Source: an uncultured delta proteobacterium
GTDB taxonomy: Bacteria; Myxococcota_A; Polyangia; Polyangiales; B10-G4
Length of the DNA stretch: 64,000 bases
Assembly: GCA_963727445.1 (NCBI GenBank)
Contig: CAVSGI010000020.1
Coordinates: 704,001-768,000 of the forward strand
Direction of reading: 5' to 3'
Shown: in pieces, positions 31,368 through 42,813 of the stretch
Position numbering within the stretch: the stretch's first letter is position 1
Layout of the letters: each line of letters opens with the position of its first letter
Notes under the pieces: model-generated
Told to the model about the DNA's origin: nothing
Databases searched by the model: none
Seen by the model: the letters and a program-made list of their open reading frames with translations, nothing else
Made by a program: the position numbers and the translations under genes

Positions 31368-33101
31368 ATGACCACACCCTCAACCGACGAGTTGCGCGTC
31401 GTAGACGTATTTCTCCGTTACCTGATCGCGGAAGGCGCCCGCGTTATTTTCGGCGTTCCCGGCGGCCTGCTTCATCCGTTCTTCGAGGCGGTCGAAGCGG
31501 ATGATCATCTGCGCCTCGTCGTGTCCAAGCACGAGCAGGGCGCGGCATTCATGGCCGACGGATATGCCCGGCTCAGTGGCAAGCTCGCCGTTTGCGCGGG
31601 TACGTCGGGTCCGGGCGCGACGAATCTGCTCACCGGCGTTGCCTGCGCGTTCTCGGATGGCGTTCCCATGTTGGTCGTCACGGGACAAGCATCGAGCGTT
31701 TCCCAGGGCCGAGGGGCCGCGCAGGAGACCTACCGGGAGGACATCGATATCGTCGAGATGTTTCGTCCGGTGACCAAGTACTCCACGATGGTCACGTCCG
31801 CTGGCAACCTCAGTCACCATCTGCGGCGCGCACTGCGACTCGCTCTGACCGGTCGTCCCGGGCCGGTGCACCTCAATGTTCCCGTGGACCTGTGGGGCCT
31901 GTCCCTCTCCGAGGAGTGGTTCGACCCGCAAACGTATCGCCCTTTGTCTCATTCGTTCGATCGCCGCGCGGTGGGAGAAGCGGCGAGTCTTCTGCTGAAG
32001 GCTGAGCGCCCGGCGATTCTCGCGGGAGCTGGTGTGGGCGTGGCCGATGCACGTGACCATCTTCGGGAGCTGGCTGAGCTCCTTCCTGCTCGCGTTGCCA
32101 CCTCGCCTCGAGGGAAGGGGATGCTCTCTGAAACTCACCCGCTTTCGCTCGGCGTGCTGGGATTCGCTGGACATCGGGCGGCGAAGGAAACGCTCTTGGG
32201 AGACGAAGTCGATGTCCTGCTCACCGTTGGCGCGTCACTCAACGAGACCACGACGTTCAACTGGGACAAGTCGTTGAAGCCGCGGAACAAGCTCATCCAG
32301 CTGGACATCGACGCGGATCGAATCGGCCGGAACTACCCCGTGGATGTCGCACTGGTCGGCGACGCCCAAACGATCCTGGTCGAGCTCATGTATCACGTAC
32401 ATCGCCTCATCAGGGAAGGGATGCCCGCCCAATCGACTTGGAGAGGAGCGCCGCCACTCGCTCGTGGTCACGAGCGCTTCGACAACTTCGAGCACAGGGT
32501 CTCGAATTCATCGCCAGTCACACCTCAGAGGTGGCGTGCCGACCTCCAGGAAGCCCTGCCTGACAATGCGGTGGTCTTCTCCGATATCGGCGGGCACATG
32601 CTCTTCAACCTGCACCATCTCATCATCTCGGAGCAGCAGCGATTCGTCCTGAACCTGGGTTTTGGATCCATGGGACACGGAACCGTCGCCCCGATCGGCG
32701 CGGCGATGGTCTTGAAAGAACGTCCGGTCATCGCCGTCATCGGGGACGCTTGCTTCACGATGAACGGCATGGAGCTCATCACCGCCGTCGAATACGACGC
32801 CCCCGTGGTGTGGATCGTGGAAAACAACCAGATGCACGGGATCACCTGGTTCGGGAGTCAGATGGTCGGGCGCCGCCAACCCCTGCAGTCCGTCCGATAC
32901 ACGCACGCGGTCGAGATCGCGGGAATCGCTCGGGCGATGGGCCTCCGGTCCTGGGTGGTGGACGGCCCGTCTCAGATTCAGGAAATTCTTCCGGAGGCGC
33001 TACAGCAAGCGCCCTCTCTCATCGAGGTGCGTGTGGATGCGTCTATCGCCCCGCCCTTGGGCGACCGCGCCAAGACAATCTCAGGCTTCACAAAGCGCTA
33101 A
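31368..33101 (+). CDS. Thiamine-diphosphate-dependent enzyme (acetolactate synthase large-subunit superfamily)
   Basis: IFGVPGG, KHEQGAAFMADGYAR, TSGPGATN, GPVHLNVP, GDACFTMNGMEL..NN ThDP motif. Confidence 0.92.
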   Translation: MTTPSTDELRVVDVFLRYLIAEGARVIFGVPGGLLHPFFEAVEADDHLRLVVSKHEQGAAFMADGYARLSGKLAVCAGTSGPGATNLLTGVACAFSDGVPMLVVTGQASSVSQGRGAAQETYREDIDIVEMFRPVTKYSTMVTSAGNLSHHLRRALRLALTGRPGPVHLNVPVDLWGLSLSEEWFDPQTYRPLSHSFDRRAVGEAASLLLKAERPAILAGAGVGVADARDHLRELAELLPARVATSPRGKGMLSETHPLSLGVLGFAGHRAAKETLLGDEVDVLLTVGASLNETTTFNWDKSLKPRNKLIQLDIDADRIGRNYPVDVALVGDAQTILVELMYHVHRLIREGMPAQSTWRGAPPLARGHERFDNFEHRVSNSSPVTPQRWRADLQEALPDNAVVFSDIGGHMLFNLHHLIISEQQRFVLNLGFGSMGHGTVAPIGAAMVLKERPVIAVIGDACFTMNGMELITAVEYDAPVVWIVENNQMHGITWFGSQMVGRRQPLQSVRYTHAVEIAGIARAMGLRSWVVDGPSQIQEILPEALQQAPSLIEVRVDASIAPPLGDRAKTISGFTKR

Positions 33102-34318
33102 ATAACCGATCTCGATTCGGGAACAAGCGAATCTGCTGAGTCTGCGTTTCTCGGGAAGATTGGTGCTCGGGAGCTACGCGGCTTGTCGGAGTTCCGGACA
33201 TCGTCCGGGAGGCCACGGGGAAACGGCGTCGAGCCAGACGGAGACGGCGAAGCAGAGATCCACGATATCGCGGTGTTGATGGTTGCGCGTGACGTTGGCG
33301 TGGAGGTCGCACCACATTCGTTCGATCAGGTTTTCATCGGGGCAGTAGGGCGGCAGGAAGTGAAGCTGAATGCGAGGAAGTTCTCGCAGCGCTGCGATCG
33401 TCTCGCGGCTCTTGTGTATTCCGTAGTTGTCGAGGATGACGTGGATGCATACGAGCATCGCGGTAGTGTTCGTCGAGCCTGCGCATCATGGCGATGAACA
33501 AGCTGCTGTTCTTGACGCCGTCGCCGACCCACAGGACCGTCCCGTCGCGAGCGTCGAGTGTGCCGGCGATGTAGGCCTTCTCGTTTTTTCCCGGCGTGAC
33601 GAGGCGTTTCTGCTCGCCGGAGAGCATCCAGTCGAGACCGACCTTGGGGTTGAGATGGATGTCCACCTCGTCCTTGTAGACTGCGACCTCGTCGTCGGGA
33701 AGTTCGTCCAGGAGCGTTCGGATCTTCTTGAGCCGCCGCCTGCGCTGGCGCTCGGACAGTGGGCACTGCACCGTGGGCTTGGGCCGCCCCCGCCGTGCTC
33801 CGATTCGCCGCAAGATCCTGCTCATGCTGCTGAGGCTCGACGCGCAGCCCCGTCTGCTCCTCGCACACGAGGATCAACACCTCGCGCGTCCACGTCGGCC
33901 GAGGGTGTCCATAGTCCCAGGGCGACTGCTGCAGAAGGCTCTGCACCGTGAGCACGTAGGAAGTCGGGATCGGCGGCGGTCCGTTGTCTCGCCGGCCGTC
34001 CAGCAATTCGTTCTCGACCACCCTCCACGAAGCGCTTCAGCACCCGACTCACCGTCGACGCCGCAACTCCGACCGCCTCACGCATTGCGGCTCGCCTCTT
34101 GCCTCGCACCGCCAGTGCCACGATTTGGGCACGCCGGAACAGATCGACATCACGGGACTTTCCCGCCCACCTCAAAAGGCGCCTTGCGCGCTGCCGGGAC
34201 CAGCGCGGTACATTCTCCATGTGGGTCTCCTTTCTCGTGATCTCTCGACAAGCTCACGATCGATTGGAGGCCCACGAACTTCAACCCACCACGATCCCGA
34301 ATCGTGGTCGGCTATTTA
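33099..34318 (-). mobile_element. IS630-family insertion sequence with TA duplication
   Basis: Terminal inverted repeats TAAATAACCGATCTCGATTCGGGA (33099-33122) and reverse complement TAAATAGCCGACCACGATTCGGGA (34295-34318), 21/24 identical; reconstructed target CTAG. Confidence 0.92.
33174..34220 (-). CDS. IS630 transposase, split over several frames
   Basis: HTH (GVAASTVSRVLKRF), WTREVL, YKDEVDIHLNP, VILDNYGIHKS, FLPPYCPDENLIERMW (DDE). Confidence 0.9.
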
Positions 34319-35125
34319 GCCCCTTGAACGCGCCGATCGGGGTGTGGTTCTACGAGGGGGGCCGACGTACATGGACTTCTCGAGTGGCAGCCCTTGCAGC
34401 GGAGGCGGTCGAAGTAGTGACGCTTCGTGTGCGTGCGCCCAAATCATGAGGTCGAAGAGCTTGATGACGATCATCGGGCATTGCTGTGGAGAGAATCCGA
34501 GGTCCAAGAGGATGGCGTTCAAGTACAGGGCGCCGTTTGCTCTGAGCTTGGAGGAATCCAGTGCAGCGACGAGCTCTTCGATTCGTCTGAAGTGCTCGCC
34601 ATCGAGCCCGCTCGATTCCACCGCGGTTCGCATCATCGGGATGCGCTCGTCTGCGTCCCGGCCGCCGCTCTTTCCGGGCACGCCGAACCCAGCAATCCGT
34701 TGACCAGATCGTCGCTGTGCGTCGATCCACCTCAGCATTCCATCGACCCCGCCGTTGTCTCGGGAGGCCCGCGCGAGTTCCTGGCAGACGAGCGCCGCCG
34801 CATCGGCGGGAGCCGGTCCAACGAAAGCGCCAGGCAGGCTGGCCGTGCACGCGGCGACTCCGGCCCAGGCGGAGCCATAGCTGGCAACGAGCCATGCGAC
34901 CTTCAGCGGCCAATTTCGCGGGTCACCTGCGATGCAGGCGACGCCCAGCTCATCGATTAGGTGAGCCTGTTCGCGGTCCAGTCGTGGTCCGCGGATGCTG
35001 ATGGAATAGGCGCTCCAGAATCCCGCGCCTCCCATGAGATCTTTCCCGACAGAAAGCCCTCGAACGGAGTTGTCGCCGAAGCCGGCGAAGCCTACGTCGG
35101 TCTCGACGGTCAGCTCATCGCTCAT
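34316..35125 (-). CDS. Citrate synthase / citryl-CoA lyase-like protein
   Basis: VRGLSVGKDLMG, DPRNWP, IAGFG..DERI pattern of the citrate-synthase fold; catalytic His motifs not evident. Confidence 0.6.
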   Translation of the reverse strand: MSDELTVETDVGFAGFGDNSVRGLSVGKDLMGGAGFWSAYSISIRGPRLDREQAHLIDELGVACIAGDPRNWPLKVAWLVASYGSAWAGVAACTASLPGAFVGPAPADAAALVCQELARASRDNGGVDGMLRWIDAQRRSGQRIAGFGVPGKSGGRDADERIPMMRTAVESSGLDGEHFRRIEELVAALDSSKLRANGALYLNAILLDLGFSPQQCPMIVIKLFDLMIWAHAHEASLLRPPPLQGLPLEKSMYVGPPRRTTPRSARSRG

Positions 35126-35792
35126 GGGCGACACCGGGTGGGACGAATCGTGGAAGGTTGATGGGGTAGGAGTTCAAATCTCCCCGCTCATGTCTGAGCG
35201 CCTCGCTCAGGGCGAGCGGAAGGCGGCAGGCGGTGAAGGCCGCCTCGATTTGCCACTCATGACGGAGACCTGCGTACCAAAGACACACAAGCGTTGCTGC
35301 GCTGGAGTCGACCTCGAGACTCAAAGCCGCCGGGCATGCATCGGCTCCCCGTAGCGCCACGCGAAGGCGTTCGACGCGGGCATCATCTTGGTCGCTCGAG
35401 CGAGCACCACAGGCGGGCAAGGAGTCCTGACTTCCTCCGTCTCTCAGCCACTTCAGGAGTGGTGCCATCCTCGAGAGCTCACTGCGGATTTGCTCGGCTA
35501 GCCCGATGGCCGCGACCGAGGTGACGCCTGCGGTTCGTGCACCGTAGCGTTTGGCGAGCATCGCGGCGTGCACAGGTGCGCTCGTTACGTGGGTTGCCGC
35601 GACGAAATGGGCGACGATACGAAAACACCGTGCTTCCTCTTCCGCGGGCGCCCGTCCCAGCAAGGCCAAGAGAAGCGTTTCGTCAAAGCCGTAGTGAAGG
35701 GCAAGGTCGGTTTCGAGGGAATAGCCGTGGAGGAAGTGCTCCCCGTTCTCGACGGCGCAGGCCCGGGCTTCGAGAACGTCGGGCGTCTTCAT
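35115..35792 (-). CDS. Second, divergent citrate synthase-like protein
   Basis: LHGYSLETDLALHYGFDETLLLALLGRAP N-terminus; RLPLALSEA; overlaps the start of its partner. Confidence 0.5.
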   Translation of the reverse strand: MKTPDVLEARACAVENGEHFLHGYSLETDLALHYGFDETLLLALLGRAPAEEEARCFRIVAHFVAATHVTSAPVHAAMLAKRYGARTAGVTSVAAIGLAEQIRSELSRMAPLLKWLRDGGSQDSLPACGARSSDQDDARVERLRVALRGADACPAALSLEVDSSAATLVCLWYAGLRHEWQIEAAFTACRLPLALSEALRHERGDLNSYPINLPRFVPPGVAHER

Positions 35793-35825
35793 GTCATCGA
35801 TCGGTGAGCGGACTTCTGTCATTGC

Positions 35826-37874
35826 TCAAGGCGTGTACCAGATCGGGCTGCTCCACGCCCGCTCTTGGACGGTCTTGGCGCGGTTGGGGTCGCAGCAGGC
35901 CCACAAGGGGTCGCCTTCGCTCATCGCGGAGCAGTCGACGCCGAGGGAGTTGCAGCGGTACTGGCTCCAACGGCAGGTGGGGTTCTCGACGACGCGGGCG
36001 TAGTAGAAGGCGGCCTGGGCGGGGTCGAAGTCGGGGTCGGTCCAGACGGTGCACAGGGAGTCGGCGCCGGCGCCGCTGGGGGTGCAGGTGGCGGTGTCGA
36101 CGGTGGCGCCGTTGTCGGGGTCTCCGCCGACCTCGTAGACCTCCTCGTGTGTGACGCCGGCCGCGTCGATCCAACCCTTCACGATCTGGATGCGCTGGAG
36201 CTGTACGCCCATCGGGTCGCGCATGGCCGAGACGACGAACTTCGGCGCGGCGTCGGCCGGGTCGCGCGAGAGCTCTCCGCCCATCGGCACGCCGCCGGCG
36301 TAACCCTCCGAGACCAGCATCGGATCGCTGCACAGATCGTCGGCGTAGCCGAAACCGCCGAAGAAGCGCAGGACGATACGCGTGCCGCTGGTGGCGTAGG
36401 ACTCGCGCGCCCTCAGGTTGTCGAAGATCGATTCGCGACTGTTCTCCTCCGCCCAGACGACGGCGAGCCCGCCCGGCGAGGCGGTGAAGCCGCGGACGAG
36501 GATGTTGCCCGTCGTGCCCAGCGCCTCCTCGGGGTCGTCGTCACTGTTTCCCTGGTAGCCCTGCCAGCTCGCCTCGTCGGTGCTGCCGGCGCTGCCGTTG
36601 TGCGAATCGGTGCTGCCGATGAAGCCGAACTGGAACGGATTTTCGCCGACGCGCGCCTGCTCCGCGAGGCCGTTGCGCAGCGCTCCCCGCACGAAGTCCC
36701 CCGGGTCGACGCAGCCGCCGAGGAAACCGAGCCCGCCGCCGTTGCTGCAGAGGTCCGTGCAGTCCGGGTCGTCGCCGGGGCCGCCGGTGCACATGTCCCG
36801 GTGGATCATCTCGAAGCTGCAGAGCTCGTCCTCGCTCGCGAGAGGGTCGTCGACGCGGATGAAGCACTCGCTCGAACCCTTGTGTTGATAGAGCTCGACG
36901 ATGGGCTCCATCGCGGCGCGCCGGGCGGCGAGCGCGGCGTCGTAGGGCTCGTGCAGAACCGTCTCGGGAACGAACATCAGGCTCGCGCCCAGGTTGGAGT
37001 TGTGCGGGATGATCACCGCCTCGCACTCGTCGCTTGCGTCCATGCAGGTGTGATCGAGCGCGTCCCAGAGCTTCTCCGGGTAGGACGCCTCCACGTAGCT
37101 CGTCGGGACCGTCGGGACGGTGCGGCTGCGGAAGATCACGTTGCGGTGGATGTTCGAGCCAGCCGGCGCGCCGGTCCACTCGTAGCCGACGAAGGAGGTG
37201 AAAGAGCAGTCGCTCGTTCGATCGTAGGCCTCCTCGGCGGCATCCATGATCTCGTTCCAGCTGTCGGCGAGGGCTGCGGCGCAGGTCGCCGGATCGGCGC
37301 GACAGAGGGGCGCGCGGAGCGGCGGGTTGGTGAGGAAGGGGGTGGTGATGGGACCGAAGTCGCCGATCACCGCGTCGCCCGCGCGGTAGGCGACGCAGGT
37401 GCTGCTGTCGTAGGCCTCGGTGCCAGGCGTCCAGCACAGCGGCGTTTCGGCGAGGAACTCCGAGTGCTCGGTCACCGCGGCGAAGTCGAGGGGCCGGTCG
37501 AGGGTCGCGGTGCGCGTCGCGTTCCCCGCGCTGTCGTAGGGCGGCAGGTCGAGGGGACCGCCCTTGGCGTAGCGGTAGACGTCGCGCGGCCGGACGCGCA
37601 CGTCGAAGGTCACGGCGTCGAAGGAGAGCGACGTGTGCACGTGGAGGTCGCCGAAGAGCGGGCGCTTGAGCGGGTCCCGGTCTGCGCAGGCCTCGCGATC
37701 GTCCGGGCGCATCACCACCAGCGGCCCGGTGTCGGCTGGTCCGGTGTCCACCGCCGAGTCCATCGCCGAGTCCGCGCCAGAGTCGACCGCCGCGTCCACG
37801 GTGGCGTCGTCGCCACAGCCGAAGAGGCCGCCGGCACAGAGGCTCAGCACGAACAAGCGAAGCGGGGAGCGCAT
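35826..37874 (-). CDS. DUF3604 family (PHP-like metallo-hydrolase) lipoprotein
   Basis: LFGDLHVHTSLSFDA, LDFAAVTEHSE, GYEWT, HRNVIF, IPHNSN, GSTDSH, YATSGTRI, QERAWSSPIWY. Confidence 0.92.
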   Translation of the reverse strand: MRSPLRLFVLSLCAGGLFGCGDDATVDAAVDSGADSAMDSAVDTGPADTGPLVVMRPDDREACADRDPLKRPLFGDLHVHTSLSFDAVTFDVRVRPRDVYRYAKGGPLDLPPYDSAGNATRTATLDRPLDFAAVTEHSEFLAETPLCWTPGTEAYDSSTCVAYRAGDAVIGDFGPITTPFLTNPPLRAPLCRADPATCAAALADSWNEIMDAAEEAYDRTSDCSFTSFVGYEWTGAPAGSNIHRNVIFRSRTVPTVPTSYVEASYPEKLWDALDHTCMDASDECEAVIIPHNSNLGASLMFVPETVLHEPYDAALAARRAAMEPIVELYQHKGSSECFIRVDDPLASEDELCSFEMIHRDMCTGGPGDDPDCTDLCSNGGGLGFLGGCVDPGDFVRGALRNGLAEQARVGENPFQFGFIGSTDSHNGSAGSTDEASWQGYQGNSDDDPEEALGTTGNILVRGFTASPGGLAVVWAEENSRESIFDNLRARESYATSGTRIVLRFFGGFGYADDLCSDPMLVSEGYAGGVPMGGELSRDPADAAPKFVVSAMRDPMGVQLQRIQIVKGWIDAAGVTHEEVYEVGGDPDNGATVDTATCTPSGAGADSLCTVWTDPDFDPAQAAFYYARVVENPTCRWSQYRCNSLGVDCSAMSEGDPLWACCDPNRAKTVQERAWSSPIWYTP

Positions 37875-37888
37875 GAAGCGCGCCCAGT

Positions 37889-38626
37889 CTAACGCGGACC
37901 CTCCGTCGCCGCACCCTCATCGACGTCCTCGGCTGCTTCTGCGGGCGCTTCTTCGGCCTCCTCTTCGGCCTCCTCTTCGGGCGCTTCACCCACGTCGGAT
38001 GGCCCTGCCGTGAGGGCGCGAAAACGGCGGACGAACTCGCCGAAGATCACTGGCCCGGCGTCCACCGCGTATTCGTTCTCGCAGCTCTTCACCACCAGGT
38101 CACGCGCGCTGGCCACCGAATCGAGGCGCGACAAGGGGATGCGACCCTGGATCGCCTCCTGTACGCCGAGCGCGGTCATGCCGCCCTCGTGCTGGGCGTC
38201 GTCCACCGGCTGCGCTTGGCCGTCTCCGACGAAGGCGAGCTCGTCGCATCCCACCCACTGCGGTTGCGCGTGCGAGGCGCGCAGCGAGGCCACGACCACG
38301 TCGCGGTCGAGCGCAGGCAGGCCGACCAGCTCGACCACGTGGTTGCCCGTTCCGTCGACAGGCAGCAGCGCGATCACACGGACGGCGCCGGTGCGGCTCG
38401 GCCGTTCCTCCACCCTTCCGCGTCGCGGGATGTCTTCCACTCGGGCGAGAGACGCGCGGGGCGCCCAGGTCCCATCGATCGACTCGCTCTCCTCCTCGGC
38501 GATGTCGTCCTCGTCGCCGGAGGAGCTCGCTTCCTCCTCGTCGCGTGCGCCGCCCCGCCCCGCGGGCGCCCCACACCCGTGGGCGAGCAAGAGCGCGACA
38601 GAAGCGATGGCGAGGAAGATTTTCAC
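37889..38626 (-). CDS. Hypothetical lipoprotein with acidic tail
   Basis: GTG start overlapping the upstream stop; LLLAHGC lipobox. Confidence 0.6.
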   Translation of the reverse strand: MKIFLAIASVALLLAHGCGAPAGRGGARDEEEASSSGDEDDIAEEESESIDGTWAPRASLARVEDIPRRGRVEERPSRTGAVRVIALLPVDGTGNHVVELVGLPALDRDVVVASLRASHAQPQWVGCDELAFVGDGQAQPVDDAQHEGGMTALGVQEAIQGRIPLSRLDSVASARDLVVKSCENEYAVDAGPVIFGEFVRRFRALTAGPSDVGEAPEEEAEEEAEEAPAEAAEDVDEGAATEGPR

Positions 38627-39327
38627 TCTCGGGATCCCTCTTCGTCGGGGGTGTTCGAGAAGGAGAAGGGGTAGCGGACGTGTACCATGCCTCCGCCTTC
38701 GGGTGCAGGGAGCTCGAGGGTGTAGAGGGTCTCGGACACGCACTCGTCGAGGATGTCGTGACGCAACGTGCTGTCGTCGTCGATCGCCGTGCGCTCCACC
38801 GCGCCGCCCGCGTCGGGTTCACCCTCGATGTCGAACTCCACGACCAGCCGCCCCTCGAGGCTCTGGTCGTCCTGGAGCGCGAGCTCGTAGCACTCGGCGA
38901 TCAGTGGCGATACGGCCCGCACGGCGTCGCGGATGTACTGCGGATCGAGGGAGCCCCGCGGGACCTCTTCGCCGTTGACCGCCGAGCCGCCGGTCTCCAC
39001 CGGGCTCCGCTGGCCTTCGGCGAGCTCGCGCGCCTCTTCCGCTTCCCGACGCTCGCGCGCGCGCTGGATGCGGCGCCGCAGCTCCTCGGCGAGGGCGCGG
39101 ACCTCGGGGTCGTTGGCGTGCACGCGCGGATCGACCGTCTCCTCGGCGTCGGGCTCGGCATCGGTCGCGCCCGCGTCGGGCCCGGACCCACTCACCGTCT
39201 CGGCTCCGTTTCCGGCGCCGCCGGCCGCCTGCGACGGCGATGACCCGTCCGAAGCCGCCATCCAAATCGCGATCGCGAGGACGCAGAGGACCCCCACTCC
39301 GATCCCCAGCCATGGTCCGCGTCGCAT
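38623..39327 (-). CDS. AgmX/PglI C-terminal (TonB-C-like) domain membrane protein
   Basis: N-terminal TM; IRDAVRAVSPLIAECYELAL..LEGRLVVEF..CV..P.P.GGG..VRYPFSF. Confidence 0.8.
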   Translation of the reverse strand: MRRGPWLGIGVGVLCVLAIAIWMAASDGSSPSQAAGGAGNGAETVSGSGPDAGATDAEPDAEETVDPRVHANDPEVRALAEELRRRIQRARERREAEEARELAEGQRSPVETGGSAVNGEEVPRGSLDPQYIRDAVRAVSPLIAECYELALQDDQSLEGRLVVEFDIEGEPDAGGAVERTAIDDDSTLRHDILDECVSETLYTLELPAPEGGGMVHVRYPFSFSNTPDEEGSRE

Positions 39328-39411
39328 CCGCGCATGCTCCCCGAAGCTTCGCGGGTGGGCAACCTCGGGCTCGGGGGTGACGACGCTCGGAGGCCGGGCT
39401 ATAGGGGCGTC

Positions 39412-40302
<891 letters not shown>

Positions 40303-40330
40303 GGGCCCCCGAGCTGCTAGGCTCTCGGGC

Positions 40331-41221
40331 ATGGACGCTCGACGACGCCCCTGGCTCCTCGCCGCCGCCTTGATTGCCAGCGGTTGCTCTTCGAACGACC
40401 CCGAGCCCTGCACGGACGCCTGTGAAGAGCTGAGCTTCGACGTCATCGTCTCGCACGAGGGGAGCGAGGTGACCATCACCGATGGCGCCACCATACCGTG
40501 GGAGTACGGCTTTCAAGGCGGCACCATGATCCGGCCGCAAATCGTCGTCGCCGACGGCGCCATGGCGGGCGAGCTCGTCGAGGTGACGCTGAGCCACGAC
40601 GCGGACCCCGCCGATCCGGACACTCTGGGGCAGGCGGCGGACTTCCCCACGTTCACGGTGAGCGAGCACCTGCGCGAGGAGGAGGGGCGGCTCGTGGCCG
40701 GGCCCTTCGATGATCAGATCGGCTGGACCGAGTTGAACGGCACGCATTTCATCCTCGGGCTACAGGCCCGCGCGGAGACCGCGGCTGGGACCTTCAGCGC
40801 TGCCGTGACCGTGTCCAACGCAGAAGGCCCGTGTGATGCCTTCATCCCGAGCGATGCCAGCGGCTGTGTGTACGCCGACATTCCCGGTGTGGTGACCGTG
40901 ACGAGCATCGATGACCCCGCGGCCGGCGAGCCCACATGCACAGGTGGACGAGCGGTGACGCTCGCCTTCACGGCGGAAGACCTCGACGCGGCTCAGAGCT
41001 GTGCGGACGCCCTCCCGTTCGGCGAGAGCGTCGAACGGAGCGTCACCTTGCGCCTCGCCGACGGACGGTATCCCCCCGATGGGTGCCTCGCCGACCTCGG
41101 CGTCACCCTCGGCGCGACCTTCGACGCTGAGCTCAGCCTCATCTCGAACGGAACGTGCACGCCCGCCAACTTCACCTGGGCGATGCCGGACCTCGCGGCG
41201 TGCGAGGCGGCCTGCATGTAG
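40331..41221 (+). CDS. Hypothetical lipoprotein
   Basis: LIASGC lipobox; YGFQGG motif; Cys-containing C-terminal domain. Confidence 0.65.
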   Translation: MDARRRPWLLAAALIASGCSSNDPEPCTDACEELSFDVIVSHEGSEVTITDGATIPWEYGFQGGTMIRPQIVVADGAMAGELVEVTLSHDADPADPDTLGQAADFPTFTVSEHLREEEGRLVAGPFDDQIGWTELNGTHFILGLQARAETAAGTFSAAVTVSNAEGPCDAFIPSDASGCVYADIPGVVTVTSIDDPAAGEPTCTGGRAVTLAFTAEDLDAAQSCADALPFGESVERSVTLRLADGRYPPDGCLADLGVTLGATFDAELSLISNGTCTPANFTWAMPDLAACEAACM

Positions 41222-41233
41222 CGCGCGCGGCTG

Positions 41234-42813
41234 TCAGACACACTCACCGACCATGGTCGAGCTGGCCCCGACGCAGGTCTCCCCGCTCCGGCAGTCGGCG
41301 GTCGTGAGGCAGCCCGGGAAGCACACCGTAGAGCCGCCGGTGCCGATCCCCGCCGTGCTGGGATCCCAACATCCGTCGCCCGAGAGGCACTGGCTCGCGT
41401 CGGTGCAGGTCTTGACGCAGAAGGTGGTGTCCGCGCCCGTCACCGAGGCGCAGAGCGCACCGGTACCGCAGACGTCGGACGGAATCCCCGGCGCACCGCA
41501 GTCGAAGAGGGTGCAGTGGTTGCCGCTCCCGAAATCGCGACACTGCCCGGCGCCGTAGGGCGAGTAGCAGGTGCTCTCGTCGGTGCAGGAGGCGCCGATG
41601 TTCGGAGTGCGGACGGCGTTGTAGTTGCCGGGAATGCACCCGCCGTTGGTGGTTCCCGCGCTGCCGACCCCATCCCAGAAGCAGGTGTAGCCGCTGCGGC
41701 ACCCGAGCGCGCCCGAGAAGCGGCTCGTGCTCACGTTCCGGCCGACCTCACAGGGCGCCACGCACAGAGCGATCCCGAGGCCCCGGCTCTGGCACACGCC
41801 GGAGCCCGCGCAGGTCACCCCGGGGACGTCGCAGCCGAAGCGTGTGCAGTAGCCTCCCGGCCAGCCGCCGGCCGAGCCGAGATCCTGGATGCAGTCGCCG
41901 TTTCGCTCGCACTCGAAATCGTTGTCGCAGGTGTCGCCAGCCTCGGCGCCGCTGGTGCCGTTGTGCTCACACCGCGCGGTGACGGCGTTGCAGCGGGCGC
42001 TGGTGCTGGCGTCGTAGACGAGGCGGTCGCCACTTGGATTGCTCATCGCGTCATAAGGGTCGATGTACCCGTTGCCGTTCGTGTCGTCGCGGATGACGCG
42101 GCACTCGGTGTCGCTCATGCATCCGGGGACGCATCCCTGAGTGGTGAGCCCGCACTCGTAGTCGGCCCGGCAGGGGTTGGTGGTGAGTGACGGGGTGCAG
42201 CTCCGCGCACACAACCCCACGGTGACGCCACGGGTGTCGGTTCCAGCGTCGAGGCAGACCGCGCAGGCCAGGCCGCCGCAGGACATCTCGTCGTTGGGGT
42301 CGCAGCCGCCCATGTCGACCGCGGCTGCGTTGCTGCAATAGCCGTCGACCCAGCTGGTCGTGGGCACGCTCGTGCCGCCCCCCGGAAGTCCGGTGATCGG
42401 GTCGTCGCTGCCGCCGAGGCTGCCGGAGAATTCGTCGATGCAAAGCGGGCTGCTGAGGCAACCGCGGGTGGGGTCACAGGGCTGGCCGACGTCGCAGCCC
42501 GGCGGGAGGGTGGTGTCGGGGCGGGAGGAATCCGGAATGGACGAATCGGGCACGCTCGAATCGGGCACGCTCGAATCGGGCACGCGCGAATCGGGCACGC
42601 GCGAGTCGGGCACGCTGCTGTCGGGCACGCGCGAGTCGGGCACGCGCAGTCGGGCACGCCGCTGTCCGGCGGCGACGTGTCGCCCATGGAGCCGTCGATG
42701 GGCAGGCTGGTGTCCGCGCCCGAGTCCGCGACGGTGCGACGTCGCGACTCGCCACAGCCGACGACGGAAATTGAGACCACCACGGCGGTGGCGGAAAAGA
42801 TCATCCAGCGCAC
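41234..42813 (-). CDS. Cys-rich lipoprotein with PDS(S/R)V linker repeats; frameshift near 42645
   Basis: SD GGAGG, GTG start, VVGC lipobox; many C-x-x-D-x-x-C and GGYC modules. Confidence 0.75.
42528..42668 (-). repeat. 15-bp coding tandem repeat (PDSxV pentapeptide, about 9 copies)
   Basis: GAATCGGGCACGCTC-type units on the plus strand. Confidence 0.8.
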
